The position numbers and the translations under genes were made by a program. Below are positions 43,165-53,573 of a stretch of 64,000 nucleotides of DNA, piece after piece; the stretch's first letter is position 1; every line of letters starts with the position of its first letter. Source of the stretch: Escherichia phage vB_EcoM_MM02; sequence record MK373784.1; one strand, written 5' to 3'. The notes beneath the pieces were generated by a model, which made no database searches, had not been told where the DNA came from, and saw only the letters and a program-made list of their open reading frames with translations.

Positions 43165-43977
43165 ATGATCAAAGAACAACTTTTGAAAGAAGCTCAGAAC
43201 ATCGAGACTTCAGTTGCTCTTAATAGTGTTTTCGAATCAGTAGAACTGTCTCCGGACGTTAAAGCTAATTTCAGCACTGTATTCGAAGCCACCGTTAAGC
43301 AGGAAGCAGTCAAACTGGCTGAATCTCATATCAAAGCCATCGCCGAAAAAGCCGAAGAAGAAGTTGAAAAGGCTAAAGAAGATGCTGAAGAGAAAGCTGA
43401 TAAAAAATTGGCTGAACAAGCTTCTAAATTCCTAGACCATCTTGCAAAAGAATGGCTCGCAGAAAACCAAATCGCAGTTGATAAAGGCATTAAAGCTGAT
43501 TTGTTCGAATCCATGCTTGGTGGTCTGAAAGAACTGTTTGTTGAACATAACGTTGTTGTTCCAGAAGAATCTGTAGATGTTGTAGCAGAAATGGAAGAAG
43601 AGCTGGCCGAACATAAAGAAGAAACCGCTCGTTTGTTCGAAGAAGTTACCAAACGTGATGCATATATCAATTACGTTCAGCGTGAAACCGCTATTAATGA
43701 AAGCGTAAAAGACCTGACTGAATCTCAGAAAGAAAAAGTTATTGGCCTGGTTGAAGGTATGGATTATTCTGACGCATTTGGTACTAAGTTAACTGCTATT
43801 GTAGAAATGGTTAAAGGTTCTACTAAAGAAGAAGCCGCTATTACCGAAAGTATAAATACAGTTGACAATGACGCTGCCGGTCTTAATTTTATTGCCGAAG
43901 CAGTTGACACTACCACAACTCAGGTAGAACAGAATTCTAATGTAAGTTTATATGCGAAAGTCGCATCTCGTTTCTAA
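43165..43977 (+). CDS. 22: prohead core scaffolding protein
   Basis: 270 aa acidic, helix-rich protein (T4 gp22 is 269). Confidence 0.9.
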   Translation: MIKEQLLKEAQNIETSVALNSVFESVELSPDVKANFSTVFEATVKQEAVKLAESHIKAIAEKAEEEVEKAKEDAEEKADKKLAEQASKFLDHLAKEWLAENQIAVDKGIKADLFESMLGGLKELFVEHNVVVPEESVDVVAEMEEELAEHKEETARLFEEVTKRDAYINYVQRETAINESVKDLTESQKEKVIGLVEGMDYSDAFGTKLTAIVEMVKGSTKEEAAITESINTVDNDAAGLNFIAEAVDTTTTQVEQNSNVSLYAKVASRF

Positions 43978-43994
43978 TTTAAAGGTTAACACAA

Positions 43995-45563
43995 ATGACT
44001 ACTATCAAAACTAAAGCTCAGCTCGTAGACAAATGGAAAGAACTGCTGGAAGGTGAAGGCCTGCCGGAAATCGCTAATAGCAAGCAGGCTATTATCGCTA
44101 AAATCTTCGAAAACCAGGAAAAAGATTTCGAAGTATCCCCTGAATATAAAGACGAGAAAATCGCTCAGGCATTTGGTTCTTTCTTGACCGAAGCTGAAAT
44201 TGGTGGTGACCATGGTTATAATGCTCAGAACATCGCAGCAGGTCAAACCTCTGGTGCAGTAACCCAAATTGGGCCGGCAGTTATGGGTATGGTTCGTCGT
44301 GCTATTCCTAATCTGATCGCTTTTGATACTTGTGGTGTTCAGCCTATGAACAGCCCGACCGGTCAGGTATTTGCTCTCCGTGCAGTATATGGTAAAGACC
44401 CTATCGCTGCTGGCGCTAAAGAAGCTTTCCATCCGATGTATGCTCCAGATGCGATGTTCTCTGGTCAGGGTGCTGCTAAGAAATTCCCAGCTCTGGCTGC
44501 TGACACTACTACTGTTGTAGGTGATATCTATACTCACTTCTTCCAAGAAACTGGTACTGTATATCTGCAAGCTTCTGCTGTCGTAACACTTGATTCTGGT
44601 GCAACTGATGCAGCTAAATTAGATGCAGAAGTTAAGAAACAAATGGAAGCTGGTGCACTGGTAGAAATCGCTGAAGGTATGGCTACTTCTATCGCTGAAC
44701 TCCAGGAAGGTTTCAACGGTTCTACCGATAACCCATGGAATGAAATGGGCTTCCGTATCGATAAACAAGTTATCGAAGCTAAATCTCGCCAGCTGAAAGC
44801 TGCTTACTCTATCGAATTAGCACAAGACCTCCGTGCAGTACACGGTATGGATGCTGATGCTGAACTGAGCGGTATTCTGGCTACAGAAATTATGCTAGAA
44901 ATCAACCGTGAAGTTGTTGATTGGATTAACTACTCTGCACAGGTTGGTAAATCTGGTATGACCCTGACTCCGGGTTCTAAAGCTGGTGTATTTGACTTCC
45001 AGGACCCGATTGATATCCGTGGTGCTCGTTGGGCCGGTGAAAGCTTTAAATCTCTGTTGTTCCAGATTGATAAAGAAGCAGTTGAAATTGCTCGTCAAAC
45101 CGGTCGTGGTGAAGGTAACTTCATTATCGCTTCCCGTAACGTAGTTAACGTACTGGCTTCAGTTGATACTGGTATTTCTTACGCTGCACAGGGTCTGGCT
45201 TCTGGTTTTAATACCGACACTACTAAGTCTGTATTTGCCGGTGTACTTGGTGGTAAATACCGCGTATACATCGACCAGTATGCTAAACAGGATTACTTCA
45301 CCGTTGGTTACAAAGGCGCTAACGAAATGGATGCAGGTATTTACTATGCTCCTTACGTTGCACTTACCCCGCTGCGTGGTTCCGATCCTAAGAACTTCCA
45401 GCCGGTAATGGGCTTTAAAACTCGTTACGGTATCGGTGTTAACCCGTTTGCTGAAAGTTCCCTGCAGGCTCCAGGTGCTCGCATCCAGTCCGGTATGCCA
45501 TCTATCCTGAACAGCCTTGGTAAGAACGCTTACTTCCGCCGTGTATATGTAAAAGGCATCTAA
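43995..45563 (+). CDS. 23: major capsid protein
   Basis: 522 aa (T4 gp23 is 521); MTTIKTKAQL...; highly conserved. Confidence 0.95.
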   Translation: MTTIKTKAQLVDKWKELLEGEGLPEIANSKQAIIAKIFENQEKDFEVSPEYKDEKIAQAFGSFLTEAEIGGDHGYNAQNIAAGQTSGAVTQIGPAVMGMVRRAIPNLIAFDTCGVQPMNSPTGQVFALRAVYGKDPIAAGAKEAFHPMYAPDAMFSGQGAAKKFPALAADTTTVVGDIYTHFFQETGTVYLQASAVVTLDSGATDAAKLDAEVKKQMEAGALVEIAEGMATSIAELQEGFNGSTDNPWNEMGFRIDKQVIEAKSRQLKAAYSIELAQDLRAVHGMDADAELSGILATEIMLEINREVVDWINYSAQVGKSGMTLTPGSKAGVFDFQDPIDIRGARWAGESFKSLLFQIDKEAVEIARQTGRGEGNFIIASRNVVNVLASVDTGISYAAQGLASGFNTDTTKSVFAGVLGGKYRVYIDQYAKQDYFTVGYKGANEMDAGIYYAPYVALTPLRGSDPKNFQPVMGFKTRYGIGVNPFAESSLQAPGARIQSGMPSILNSLGKNAYFRRVYVKGI

Positions 45564-45587
45564 TCTTAATTGATTAAATCTTATTTT

Positions 45588-45615
45588 GGGAGACTTCGGT
45601 CTCCCATTTTTGGTT
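45588..45615 (+). terminator. intrinsic terminator after gene 23
   Basis: GGGAGAC-TTCG-GTCTCCC followed by ATTTTTGGTTTT. Confidence 0.75.
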
Positions 45616-45885
45616 TTATTTCTGTGCAATTTCGATGTAAGTTTTCAAAATATTTTGCCAATTAGGCATACCTTCTTGGACATATGCCGGAGAACCGTCT
45701 TTGTTTTTGAATGATGCAAGTTTATCAGTGGCCCAATAGCCTTTAGCTCGAGCTTCAGAATCAATTTTCATCCATACTTTGTTGAAGGCATTACCATTAA
45801 CTTTTGCACCATATTTTTCTACTAACTTAACTGCTTCAGCTTCCAGAACTTTTAAAGTATCTCGTAAGAAACGTGCTTTAGTCAT
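45616..45885 (-). CDS. hypothetical protein between genes 23 and 24
   Basis: 89 aa ORF with SD GAGGAG and early-type promoter; occupies the position where T4 has segD. Confidence 0.5.
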   Translation of the reverse strand: MTKARFLRDTLKVLEAEAVKLVEKYGAKVNGNAFNKVWMKIDSEARAKGYWATDKLASFKNKDGSPAYVQEGMPNWQNILKTYIEIAQK

Positions 45886-45915
45886 TTTGTTTACTCCTCT
45901 GTAGTTGATAAGTCT

Positions 45916-45945
45916 ATAGTATCACATACCAAATACGTTGTAAAC
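45916..45945 (-). promoter_or_regulatory. early-type promoter GTTTAC-N18-TGaTACTAT
   Basis: Minus strand GTTTACAACGTATTTGGTATGTGATACTAT followed by family-1 leader. Confidence 0.5.
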
Positions 45946-45951
45946 AATCTT

Positions 45952-45959
45952 TATAAATA
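45952..45959 (+). promoter_or_regulatory. late promoter TATAAATA
   Basis: Exact TATAAATA 28 nt upstream of gene 24 start. Confidence 0.55.
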
Positions 45960-45986
45960 ATCTATATCACATAAGGAAAAAATGCA

Positions 45987-47270
45987 ATGAGTAAAATCCA
46001 AAAATTATTGCGTGAATCTACAACGTCTACTAGCAACTCAATCGGTCGCCCAAATCTCGTTGCTTTGACTCGCGCTACGACTAAATTAATATATTCTGAC
46101 ATTGTAGCAACACAAAGAACTAATCAACCTGTTGCTGCTTTTTATGGTATCAAATATCTTAACCCAGATAACGAATTCACATTTAAAACCGGTGCTACTT
46201 ATGCTGGCGAAGTTGGATATGTAGACCGAGAAAAAATTACTGAACTCACAGAAGAATCAAAAGTCACACTAAATAAAGGTGATTTTTTCAAATATAATAA
46301 TATCGTCTATAAAGTGTTAGAAGATACACCATTTGCAGATATTCAAGAAAGTGATCTAGAATTAGCTCTTCAGATTGCAGTCGTTCATTTAAAGGTACGG
46401 TTATTTTCAGATGCAGCGGTAACAAGCAAATTTGAAAGCTCTGATAGCGAAATTTCTGATGCAAGATTCCAGATTAATAAATGGCAAACTTCAGTCAAAT
46501 CTCGTAAACTTAAAACTGGCCTCACGGTTGAATTAGCGCAAGATTTGGAAGCGAATGGATTTGATGCCCCTAACTTCTTAGAAGATTTGCTTGCTACTGA
46601 AATGGCTGATGAAATTAATAAAGATATTCTTCAGTCTTTAATTACTGTATCGAAACGTTATAAAGTTACTGGAATTACTGACACCGGATTTATTGACTTG
46701 AGCTATGCATCCGCTCCAGAAGCAGGTCGTTCATTATATCGAATGGTGTGTGAAATGGTATCACACATTCAAAAAGAGACAACTTATACTGCAACGTTTT
46801 GTGTAGCCTCAGCTCGTGCAGCTGCTATTCTTGCTGCTTCTGGTTGGTTAAAACATAAGCCAGAAGATGACAAGTATCTTTCACAAAATGCTTATGGATT
46901 CTTGGCAAATGGATTACCTCTTTACTGCGATACCAACAGTCCGTTAGATTATGTTATTGTGGGTGTTGTAGAAAATATCGGCGAAAAAGAAATTGTAGGG
47001 TCCATCTTTTATGCTCCATACACTGAAGGAGTAGATTTAGATGACCCGGAACATGTTGGTGCATTTAAAGTTGTAGTTGATCCAGAAAGCTTGCAACCGT
47101 CTATCGGATTATTGGTTAGATATGCTTTATCAGCAAATCCTTACACAGTAGCAAAAGACGAAAAAGAAGCGAGAATAATTGATGGTGGGGACATGGATAA
47201 AATGGCAGGACGTTCAGACTTGTCTGTTTTACTCGGTGTTAAATTGCCTAAAATTATTATAGATGAATAA
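45987..47270 (+). CDS. 24: capsid vertex protein
   Basis: 427 aa, same as T4 gp24. Confidence 0.9.
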   Translation: MSKIQKLLRESTTSTSNSIGRPNLVALTRATTKLIYSDIVATQRTNQPVAAFYGIKYLNPDNEFTFKTGATYAGEVGYVDREKITELTEESKVTLNKGDFFKYNNIVYKVLEDTPFADIQESDLELALQIAVVHLKVRLFSDAAVTSKFESSDSEISDARFQINKWQTSVKSRKLKTGLTVELAQDLEANGFDAPNFLEDLLATEMADEINKDILQSLITVSKRYKVTGITDTGFIDLSYASAPEAGRSLYRMVCEMVSHIQKETTYTATFCVASARAAAILAASGWLKHKPEDDKYLSQNAYGFLANGLPLYCDTNSPLDYVIVGVVENIGEKEIVGSIFYAPYTEGVDLDDPEHVGAFKVVVDPESLQPSIGLLVRYALSANPYTVAKDEKEARIIDGGDMDKMAGRSDLSVLLGVKLPKIIIDE

Positions 47271-47271
47271 A

Positions 47272-47302
47272 CAAAAAAAAAGGGACCTTACGGTCCCTTT
47301 TT
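47272..47302. terminator. bidirectional intrinsic terminator
   Basis: AAAAAAAAA-GGGACC-TTAC-GGTCCC-TTTTT between convergent genes 24 and rnlB. Confidence 0.75.
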
Positions 47303-47304
47303 CG

Positions 47305-48303
47305 TTATGATACTAATTCAATCCATGCAGGACGCAGAACATCTTGCACCATTCGGACTAATTCTTTCTTAACAAGATTCGGATTATCGGATGATGTTAA
47401 TACAATACCTTCACGAGAAGTTTCTTCCAGAATATCTTGAACAGTCAATCCCATCACTTTGCCAAAATCTTTTGGCGTTACAGTCCCAATCTTAGAAATC
47501 ACATTATTAACACGGTTTAATGTAACATAACAAGCTAGGACATCAAGCAAGTTTTTGTCAATTTCGGTTAATGGAACCTGAGTTTTAATAGGCTTATCAG
47601 ACTTTTTCTTTTCACTGAATTTAGAGTTCTTACACTTAATAGCTACACGAGTACCGTTTGGCAGCCATTTAGGGAAACAAGGCTTCAGAACATAACCTTC
47701 TGCCGTATTATCGCCAATAACATTAGCATCAAATACGCAATTATTTGCTTCGACAAGGTCTTCCGATGCCGTGGCGTTATAAGCGGCTAAGACAGAATCA
47801 AGGTCGTTTGGAATCATGATAAGAGCATCAAATGTGCCACGACCAAGCATTGGTGCCATTTTAAAACCGAATTCATTACAGAAATCTTGCATTTCGTAAT
47901 CGGTCAAATACGTATTATCACCACTTTCTGTATTGATAAGGATATCGAACACATAAAAATCTTTTTCACCGTAGTCAACACCTTTCTGGATTCCACCACC
48001 AGCGAATTCACCAAAGACCTGATATGATACAGCTCGAGAACTACCCATTACTTCTTGAACGTTTTTAATAGCTTTATCATACTTCTTGAGTACAATTTCA
48101 TAACCATAAAAATCTTCTGCTGGAAGAATAGGGCCTGTGCGCTTGGCGCATGTGACGTTGTCACGTTCAATTATTAACGAGAAGTTAGTCCCATGGATTT
48201 TCTCACGTGCTACCCAAACACCAGTAGTCAAACCATTAGTGTAGAGTTTTTCAATAAACTTAGAGTTGTAGTGGTTTTCAAGACTGCTGTATTTCTTAAA
48301 CAT
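47305..48303 (-). CDS. rnlB: RNA ligase 2
   Basis: 332 aa; nucleotidyltransferase motif I KIHGTN; position after gene 24 as in T4. Confidence 0.85.
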   Translation of the reverse strand: MFKKYSSLENHYNSKFIEKLYTNGLTTGVWVAREKIHGTNFSLIIERDNVTCAKRTGPILPAEDFYGYEIVLKKYDKAIKNVQEVMGSSRAVSYQVFGEFAGGGIQKGVDYGEKDFYVFDILINTESGDNTYLTDYEMQDFCNEFGFKMAPMLGRGTFDALIMIPNDLDSVLAAYNATASEDLVEANNCVFDANVIGDNTAEGYVLKPCFPKWLPNGTRVAIKCKNSKFSEKKKSDKPIKTQVPLTEIDKNLLDVLACYVTLNRVNNVISKIGTVTPKDFGKVMGLTVQDILEETSREGIVLTSSDNPNLVKKELVRMVQDVLRPAWIELVS

Positions 48304-48422
48304 AAATCACCATTATAAATAATAATATCAAAATAATTAGCAGAGACTCTGTCTCTGACCAGATGTTTAATTTGAATGGATAGAACCTAGATTCATTATA
48401 CCATCAAAAAATGTAAAGCATA

Positions 48423-48674
48423 TTAGAACTTGATTTCTATCCAATGACCATCACGCTGGTCGTGATTAATTTTGTACTGAAAGCCGTTATCACGAAGCCA
48501 TTGACCGACTTGTTCAGTTATAGTTAAATCGTTCTTTGACGGGTAGTATGTGAATTGTGTCTGGCCTTTGTCAGCGGCTTTCTCTGCCATCACAGAGAAG
48601 TTAGTAATAAAATCACTCAACAAATTAGCTTTAGTGGCCAGTGCCCTTTCTCTTAATTCCTGTGCAAAACTCAT
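48423..48674 (-). CDS. hypothetical protein
   Basis: 83 aa ORF. Confidence 0.45.
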   Translation of the reverse strand: MSFAQELRERALATKANLLSDFITNFSVMAEKAADKGQTQFTYYPSKNDLTITEQVGQWLRDNGFQYKINHDQRDGHWIEIKF

Positions 48675-48871
48675 TTCTTCACCTTTTTGTTAATCAAACG
48701 TTTACGGTATACAACTTTTTCTTTTGCTTTAAACTTTGACCGAGCTGTCTCGGCTTTAGTCCATAGTAATCCAACTTCTTTAGGTTGTAAACCAATTTTT
48801 TGAGCAATTTCTACGAATGAAAATCCCGCCTCATGTAATGTATAAACTTCAACTTCAGCTCTCATAATCAA
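48671..48871 (-). CDS. hypothetical small basic protein, possible helix-turn-helix
   Basis: 66 aa; segment FSFVEIAQKIGLQPKEVGLLW looks HTH-like; Lys-rich C-terminus. Confidence 0.4.
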   Translation of the reverse strand: MIMRAEVEVYTLHEAGFSFVEIAQKIGLQPKEVGLLWTKAETARSKFKAKEKVVYRKRLINKKVKK

Positions 48872-48966
48872 TCCCGTATTATTTGGTTTGTGCCATTATA
48901 TACATCAATCTCAAGTTGTGTTTTGTATGCTTTAAAAACGAAGAAAGGGGCCGAAGCCCCTTACGA

Positions 48967-50097
48967 TTATGGATATGTATAGATGATACCAGTTTCCAAA
49001 GCAGTTTTATGGATGATGTATCCATTACGTGATTCTTGAACATCAACTTCCGGATAGTCTTTCATCATCTTCTGAAGAGTGTAACGATGCAGGTAGTATT
49101 TACTATCTGGATCTTCAGTTTTCCAATCTTTACCTTCTTCAGTCATTTTTTGGATTTCATCCATAACCCACCAACCGCACCAGATGTAAGCCGAAGTACG
49201 ATGTGGAAGAGGATGAACATAAGGTAGTTCACCTTCTGGTTCTGGAGCAACTTTATCAGTCACTTGGACTTGACCTTCTGCTGTAATAGTTTTGCTATCA
49301 TAATCAGTAGCAGTAACAGTTGCAGTAACTTCAATAGTTTGACTTCCAATAGATGAGGTATCAACGGTATATACATTAGTTGACCCTTCTACAGGAGAAG
49401 AATCTTTCTTCCATGAATACGCAATTTGCGCTTCTTCTGGAGCATCCGTAACATTAGCCGTAAATGTAGCCGAAGCATCTTGCTGAACGTTAATAGAAGG
49501 AGGAGTCAATGTAACCTGTGGATTCATTGTCTTCTTATTAACCGTTAATGATACTTCATTCGAAGTAACTTCCTTTGCATCATAATCTGTCGCAGTTACT
49601 TGGGCTACACATTTAATTCTTTTTACTCCACTTGTAGTTGGAGTATAGCTAAATGTAGAGTTAGTTTCTCCACCAACCTGTGAATCATCTACATACCACT
49701 GATACGTAGCAGACGCTCCAGCTGGTTGAGAAGCTAAGGCAGCAGTAAATTGAACTGGGGTTCCAATTACTCCAGCTGAAGGACTAGCAGGAGTTACGGC
49801 TAAGGTAGTCGTCTGTGTCTTATTTTGAACTGTGATAGTTGTAGTAGCTTCTGCTGTTTCAGCGTCAGTATCAGGAATAGTATTTGTTGCAACAACTTTA
49901 ATTGTTTTTGTTCCAGCAGGTCCTTTTAACACGTAATCAAAAGTTTCTGCTGATCCTTCTTGGGGAGCATCGTCTACACTCCATGCATAGGTAATAGTTC
50001 CACCTCCAGTTTCACCACTGGGAGTAGCAGTAAACTGCTTAGTCTCATCTATAACTCCAGTAGATGTTTTAGGAGTTATATCAACTGTAAAAGCCAT
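48967..50097 (-). CDS. hoc: highly immunogenic outer capsid protein
   Basis: 376 aa (same as T4 Hoc); repeated Ig-like segments rich in T/V/S. Confidence 0.85.
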   Translation of the reverse strand: MAFTVDITPKTSTGVIDETKQFTATPSGETGGGTITYAWSVDDAPQEGSAETFDYVLKGPAGTKTIKVVATNTIPDTDAETAEATTTITVQNKTQTTTLAVTPASPSAGVIGTPVQFTAALASQPAGASATYQWYVDDSQVGGETNSTFSYTPTTSGVKRIKCVAQVTATDYDAKEVTSNEVSLTVNKKTMNPQVTLTPPSINVQQDASATFTANVTDAPEEAQIAYSWKKDSSPVEGSTNVYTVDTSSIGSQTIEVTATVTATDYDSKTITAEGQVQVTDKVAPEPEGELPYVHPLPHRTSAYIWCGWWVMDEIQKMTEEGKDWKTEDPDSKYYLHRYTLQKMMKDYPEVDVQESRNGYIIHKTALETGIIYTYP

Positions 50098-50106
50098 AAG
50101 TTATCC

Positions 50107-50775
50107 TTATTTTAATGTTACGAAAGAAGAATTACGAGTTTCACGAATTAGAACTGATCCATCGCGATTAATATAATAAATTAAGCTAAATAATGTTTGG
50201 TGAGCAGAAGCGTGAACAAAACTGGTTGGACGAGATTTCCAATCTGGGGTTTCGGCTATCCATTGATAAATCCACCAAGGAACAGTAACATATCCTGGGG
50301 CTTTGCCTAATTTAATGAGTGTAGGACTAAAATTTTCAGGCAGAACAAATTTTACTTCTTTATTTACCTCTGGATCAGGCTCTTTTTCAGATTCAACAAC
50401 CTGAGTAATTGCTTCTTCGAATTTATCATGGTCGAATTCTTTTTCTTGTTCGACAACTTCTAATACTTCAACTTGTTCTGTTGGAGAATCAAACAACAGA
50501 ATAGCTTCTTCTTTAACTTCTTCGTTGGTGAAATTAACACCGTCCGCATCATCTGCGGCAGTAATTAAATCGGTGATAGATAATCCATCGGTTTCAGGTA
50601 ATGGTTCATCAGCCAGTGCGTTAAGAGCTTCTTCGATATCAATAACAATATTATCGAATGATTTTGTTTTCTTAACACTAATGCCAAATTGTTCCGCATA
50701 TTCAAACAGTTTAGCTTTGGCTTCCTTTTTATCAGAAAGAGCACGTAACTCTTCAATATAGTCTTTATCGATCAT
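50107..50775 (-). CDS. inh: inhibitor of prohead protease
   Basis: 222 aa; position between hoc and uvsW as in T4. Confidence 0.75.
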   Translation of the reverse strand: MIDKDYIEELRALSDKKEAKAKLFEYAEQFGISVKKTKSFDNIVIDIEEALNALADEPLPETDGLSITDLITAADDADGVNFTNEEVKEEAILLFDSPTEQVEVLEVVEQEKEFDHDKFEEAITQVVESEKEPDPEVNKEVKFVLPENFSPTLIKLGKAPGYVTVPWWIYQWIAETPDWKSRPTSFVHASAHQTLFSLIYYINRDGSVLIRETRNSSFVTLK

Positions 50776-50788
50776 GATATTTCCTCAT

Positions 50789-50796
50789 TATAAATA
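50789..50796 (+). promoter_or_regulatory. late promoter TATAAATA
   Basis: Exact TATAAATA 30 nt upstream of uvsW in the divergent inh-uvsW intergenic region. Confidence 0.5.
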
Positions 50797-50825
50797 TAAC
50801 TATATTTATTACATGGTAATTTGAC

Positions 50826-52340
50826 ATGACTGACATTAAAGTACATTTTTATGATTTTAGTCACGTGCGCATTGAATGCGACGAAAGTACGTTTTACGAA
50901 CTTCGTGACTTTTTTAGCTTTGAAGCCGATGGGTACAAATTCAACCCTCGTTACAAATATGGGCAATGGGATGGTAGAATTCGACTTTTAGATTACAACC
51001 GTTTGTTACCATATGGACTTGTAGGACAAATAAAAAAGTTCTGTAACAATATGAGTTATTCTGTATGGATTGACCCTAAAATCTTTGAGACTGAAGACCT
51101 TACCAGGGAAGATTTTGACGCATGGCTTTCTAAACAAGAAATTTATTCAGGCAACGCCAAAATCGAACCACATTGGTATCAAAAAGATGCAGTATATGAA
51201 GGACTAGTTAATCGTCGTCGAATTTTAAACCTTCCGACATCAGCAGGTAAATCACTAATCCAAGCACTTTTAGCTCGGTATTATCTAGAGAACTATGAAG
51301 GTAAAATTCTCATTATCGTCCCTACAACAGCATTGACAACCCAGATGGCTAATGATTTTGTTGATTATCGCTTGTTTAGTCATTCGATGATTAAGAAAAT
51401 TGGCGGTGGTGCCGATAAAGCGGACAGAGCTAAAAACGACGCTCCAATTATTGTTGGCACATGGCAAACGGTAGTTAAGCAGCCTAAAGAATGGTTCTCT
51501 CAGTTCGGTATGATGATGAACGATGAATGCCACTTAGCAACAGGCAAAAGTATTTCTTCAATCATCTCAGGATTAAATAATTGCATGTTCAAATTTGGTT
51601 TATCTGGCTCATTAAGAGACGGAAAAGCCAATGTAATGCAGTACGTAGGTATGTTCGGCGAAATCTTCCGTCCTGTTAGCACGTCTAAATTAATGGAAGA
51701 TGGACAGGTAACTGAGCTTAAGATTAATAGTATTTTCCTTCGTTATCCAGACGAATTCGCCACCAAATTAAAAGGTAAAACATACCAAGAAGAAGTTAAA
51801 ATTATTACTGGACTAAAACGACGTACAAAGTGGATTGCTCAACTTTCAGTCAAATTGGCTAAGAAAGACGAGAACGCCTTTGTAATGTTTAAACACGTTA
51901 CACACGGTAAAGAAATATTTGAAGCTATTAAAGAGCTTGGATACGAAAAAGTTTATTACGTATCAGGTGAAGTTGATACTGAAACACGTAACGCGCTTAA
52001 AGTCATGGCAGAAAATGGTAAAGGCATTATTATTGTCGCATCATATGGAGTATTCTCTACTGGTATTTCAGTCAAGAATCTTCATCATGTTATTTTTGCC
52101 CATGGTGTTAAATCAAAAATTATCGTACTTCAAACCGTAGGTCGTGTGCTTCGCAAGCATGGTTCTAAATCTGTTGCTACAGTTTGGGATCTCATCGACG
52201 ATGCAGGTGTAAAACCTAAATCATTAAATACTAAAAAGAAGTATACTCATCTTAATTACTTGTTAAAACACGGTATTGATCGTATCCAACGTTACGCTGA
52301 TGAGAAATTTAACTATGTAATGAAAACAATTAATTTATAA
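50826..52340 (+). CDS. uvsW: SF2 DNA helicase UvsW
   Basis: 504 aa; Walker A PTSAGKS, motif II DECH; T4 UvsW is about 502 aa. Confidence 0.9.
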   Translation: MTDIKVHFYDFSHVRIECDESTFYELRDFFSFEADGYKFNPRYKYGQWDGRIRLLDYNRLLPYGLVGQIKKFCNNMSYSVWIDPKIFETEDLTREDFDAWLSKQEIYSGNAKIEPHWYQKDAVYEGLVNRRRILNLPTSAGKSLIQALLARYYLENYEGKILIIVPTTALTTQMANDFVDYRLFSHSMIKKIGGGADKADRAKNDAPIIVGTWQTVVKQPKEWFSQFGMMMNDECHLATGKSISSIISGLNNCMFKFGLSGSLRDGKANVMQYVGMFGEIFRPVSTSKLMEDGQVTELKINSIFLRYPDEFATKLKGKTYQEEVKIITGLKRRTKWIAQLSVKLAKKDENAFVMFKHVTHGKEIFEAIKELGYEKVYYVSGEVDTETRNALKVMAENGKGIIIVASYGVFSTGISVKNLHHVIFAHGVKSKIIVLQTVGRVLRKHGSKSVATVWDLIDDAGVKPKSLNTKKKYTHLNYLLKHGIDRIQRYADEKFNYVMKTINL

Positions 52341-52365
52341 GGGCTTCGGCCCTTAGGAGATAAAA

Positions 52366-52596
52366 ATGGTACTTGAATTTAAACAATTTTTATACGAAGC
52401 ATCTATTGACGAATTCATGGGTAAAATTGCTAGTTGTCATACCCTAGAAGGGCTTGAAGAATTGGAAGCTTATTATAAGAAACGTATAAAAGAAACGGAA
52501 TTAAAAGATACAGATGATATTTCTGTCAGGGATGCCTTAGCAGGTAAGCGTGCCGAACTTGAAGGCGATGATGAGGATGTGGAAGAAGACTTCTAA
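52366..52596 (+). CDS. uvsW.1: UvsW.1-like small acidic protein
   Basis: 76 aa, same length and position as T4 UvsW.1. Confidence 0.75.
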   Translation: MVLEFKQFLYEASIDEFMGKIASCHTLEGLEELEAYYKKRIKETELKDTDDISVRDALAGKRAELEGDDEDVEEDF

Positions 52597-52655
52597 TTAA
52601 AAAAAAGGGCCCTTCCAAAAAGGTTGGGCCAAAAACCATAGGCAAAAAAGGTAAC

Positions 52656-52824
52656 ACTATAGTAAAAGTTGGGTTTCGTTCAATTGCTCTTCTGAACTTT
52701 CTGAAACCGGCAATTGTTGGACATAATTATAACAAGGACCAGGATGTGCTGGACCTTTGTCTGTTTCAACAACCAATGCAGAATCGATTGGAGTTTTACA
52801 GACAACACAAATCTTATCTGACAT
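52656..52824 (-). CDS. small Cys-containing protein, not in the supplied ORF track
   Basis: Own translation: MSDKICVVCKTPIDSALVVETDKGPAHPGPCYNYVQQLPVSESSEEQLNETQLLL; SD GGAGG 5 nt before ATG. Confidence 0.5.
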
Positions 52825-52856
52825 GATTGCCTCCTAAGTTGAAATTACATATCTAT

Positions 52857-53081
52857 TTATACAACTCTCATATGCATATCAATGCCCATATCTTTAGAAT
52901 AAAAATATTCATCAAGATATCCGGCAAATTTTCCTTTAATATAAAGGACGTCTTCACCACACGGGTGGTCTGCCAGGATACGAATATCCTGACGACGTAG
53001 ACGATACTTTTCCATTAAGAATTTAATTTCAGTTTCAAATTCTTCGTCATTATTAAAGGCATCTTCAATTGAATAACGCAT
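52857..53081 (-). CDS. hypothetical protein (uvsY.-2 position)
   Basis: 74 aa ORF immediately downstream of uvsY. Confidence 0.5.
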   Translation of the reverse strand: MRYSIEDAFNNDEEFETEIKFLMEKYRLRRQDIRILADHPCGEDVLYIKGKFAGYLDEYFYSKDMGIDMHMRVV

Positions 53082-53494
53082 TATTGCCCCGCTTCAAATT
53101 CTCGCATATCCTGGATATGTTTAAGTGCAAAACTACGAGACTTAACTGCGTCAAGTGCACCACTACAGAACTCAAGTAAAATTCCCCAGTATTGTAAAGT
53201 AGTCTCTATTTTAAGCACATCTTTATCTGCAGCCAGGACAGTTTTCATTTCAGATTTCTCGTATCGGTCCATACTGAATTCATCACCGTCACCTCGTCCC
53301 GAGTAGTAGTCTAATCTTGCTTTTAGAGCAGTTTTCTTCTGAGTCTCTATACGCAACATTTCTTTACGAATAAATGAGTGCTTACGTAGCCATTTGCTGT
53401 ATAACTTAACATTATTCGCCGTCTCATATTGCAACTTTGTCATATCAATAGCTAAGTCTGCGTCTAACTCTTCCTGTAAATCTTCCAGCTTCAT
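53081..53494 (-). CDS. uvsY: recombination mediator protein UvsY
   Basis: 137 aa, same as T4 UvsY; synteny. Confidence 0.85.
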   Translation of the reverse strand: MKLEDLQEELDADLAIDMTKLQYETANNVKLYSKWLRKHSFIRKEMLRIETQKKTALKARLDYYSGRGDGDEFSMDRYEKSEMKTVLAADKDVLKIETTLQYWGILLEFCSGALDAVKSRSFALKHIQDMREFEAGQ

Positions 53495-53573
53495 AATATT
53501 CTCTCTTTAACTAATAATCTCCCGGCTGTATCGGAAGGACCTAAAACCATTATACATAGGTCGCCTTGAAGCA

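Noticed and set aside
52339-52365. Terminator after uvsW (GGGC-TTCG-GCCC)
   Set aside because: Short 4-bp stem, no T-run, and the SD of uvsW.1 follows immediately; more likely a small RNA structure than a terminator.
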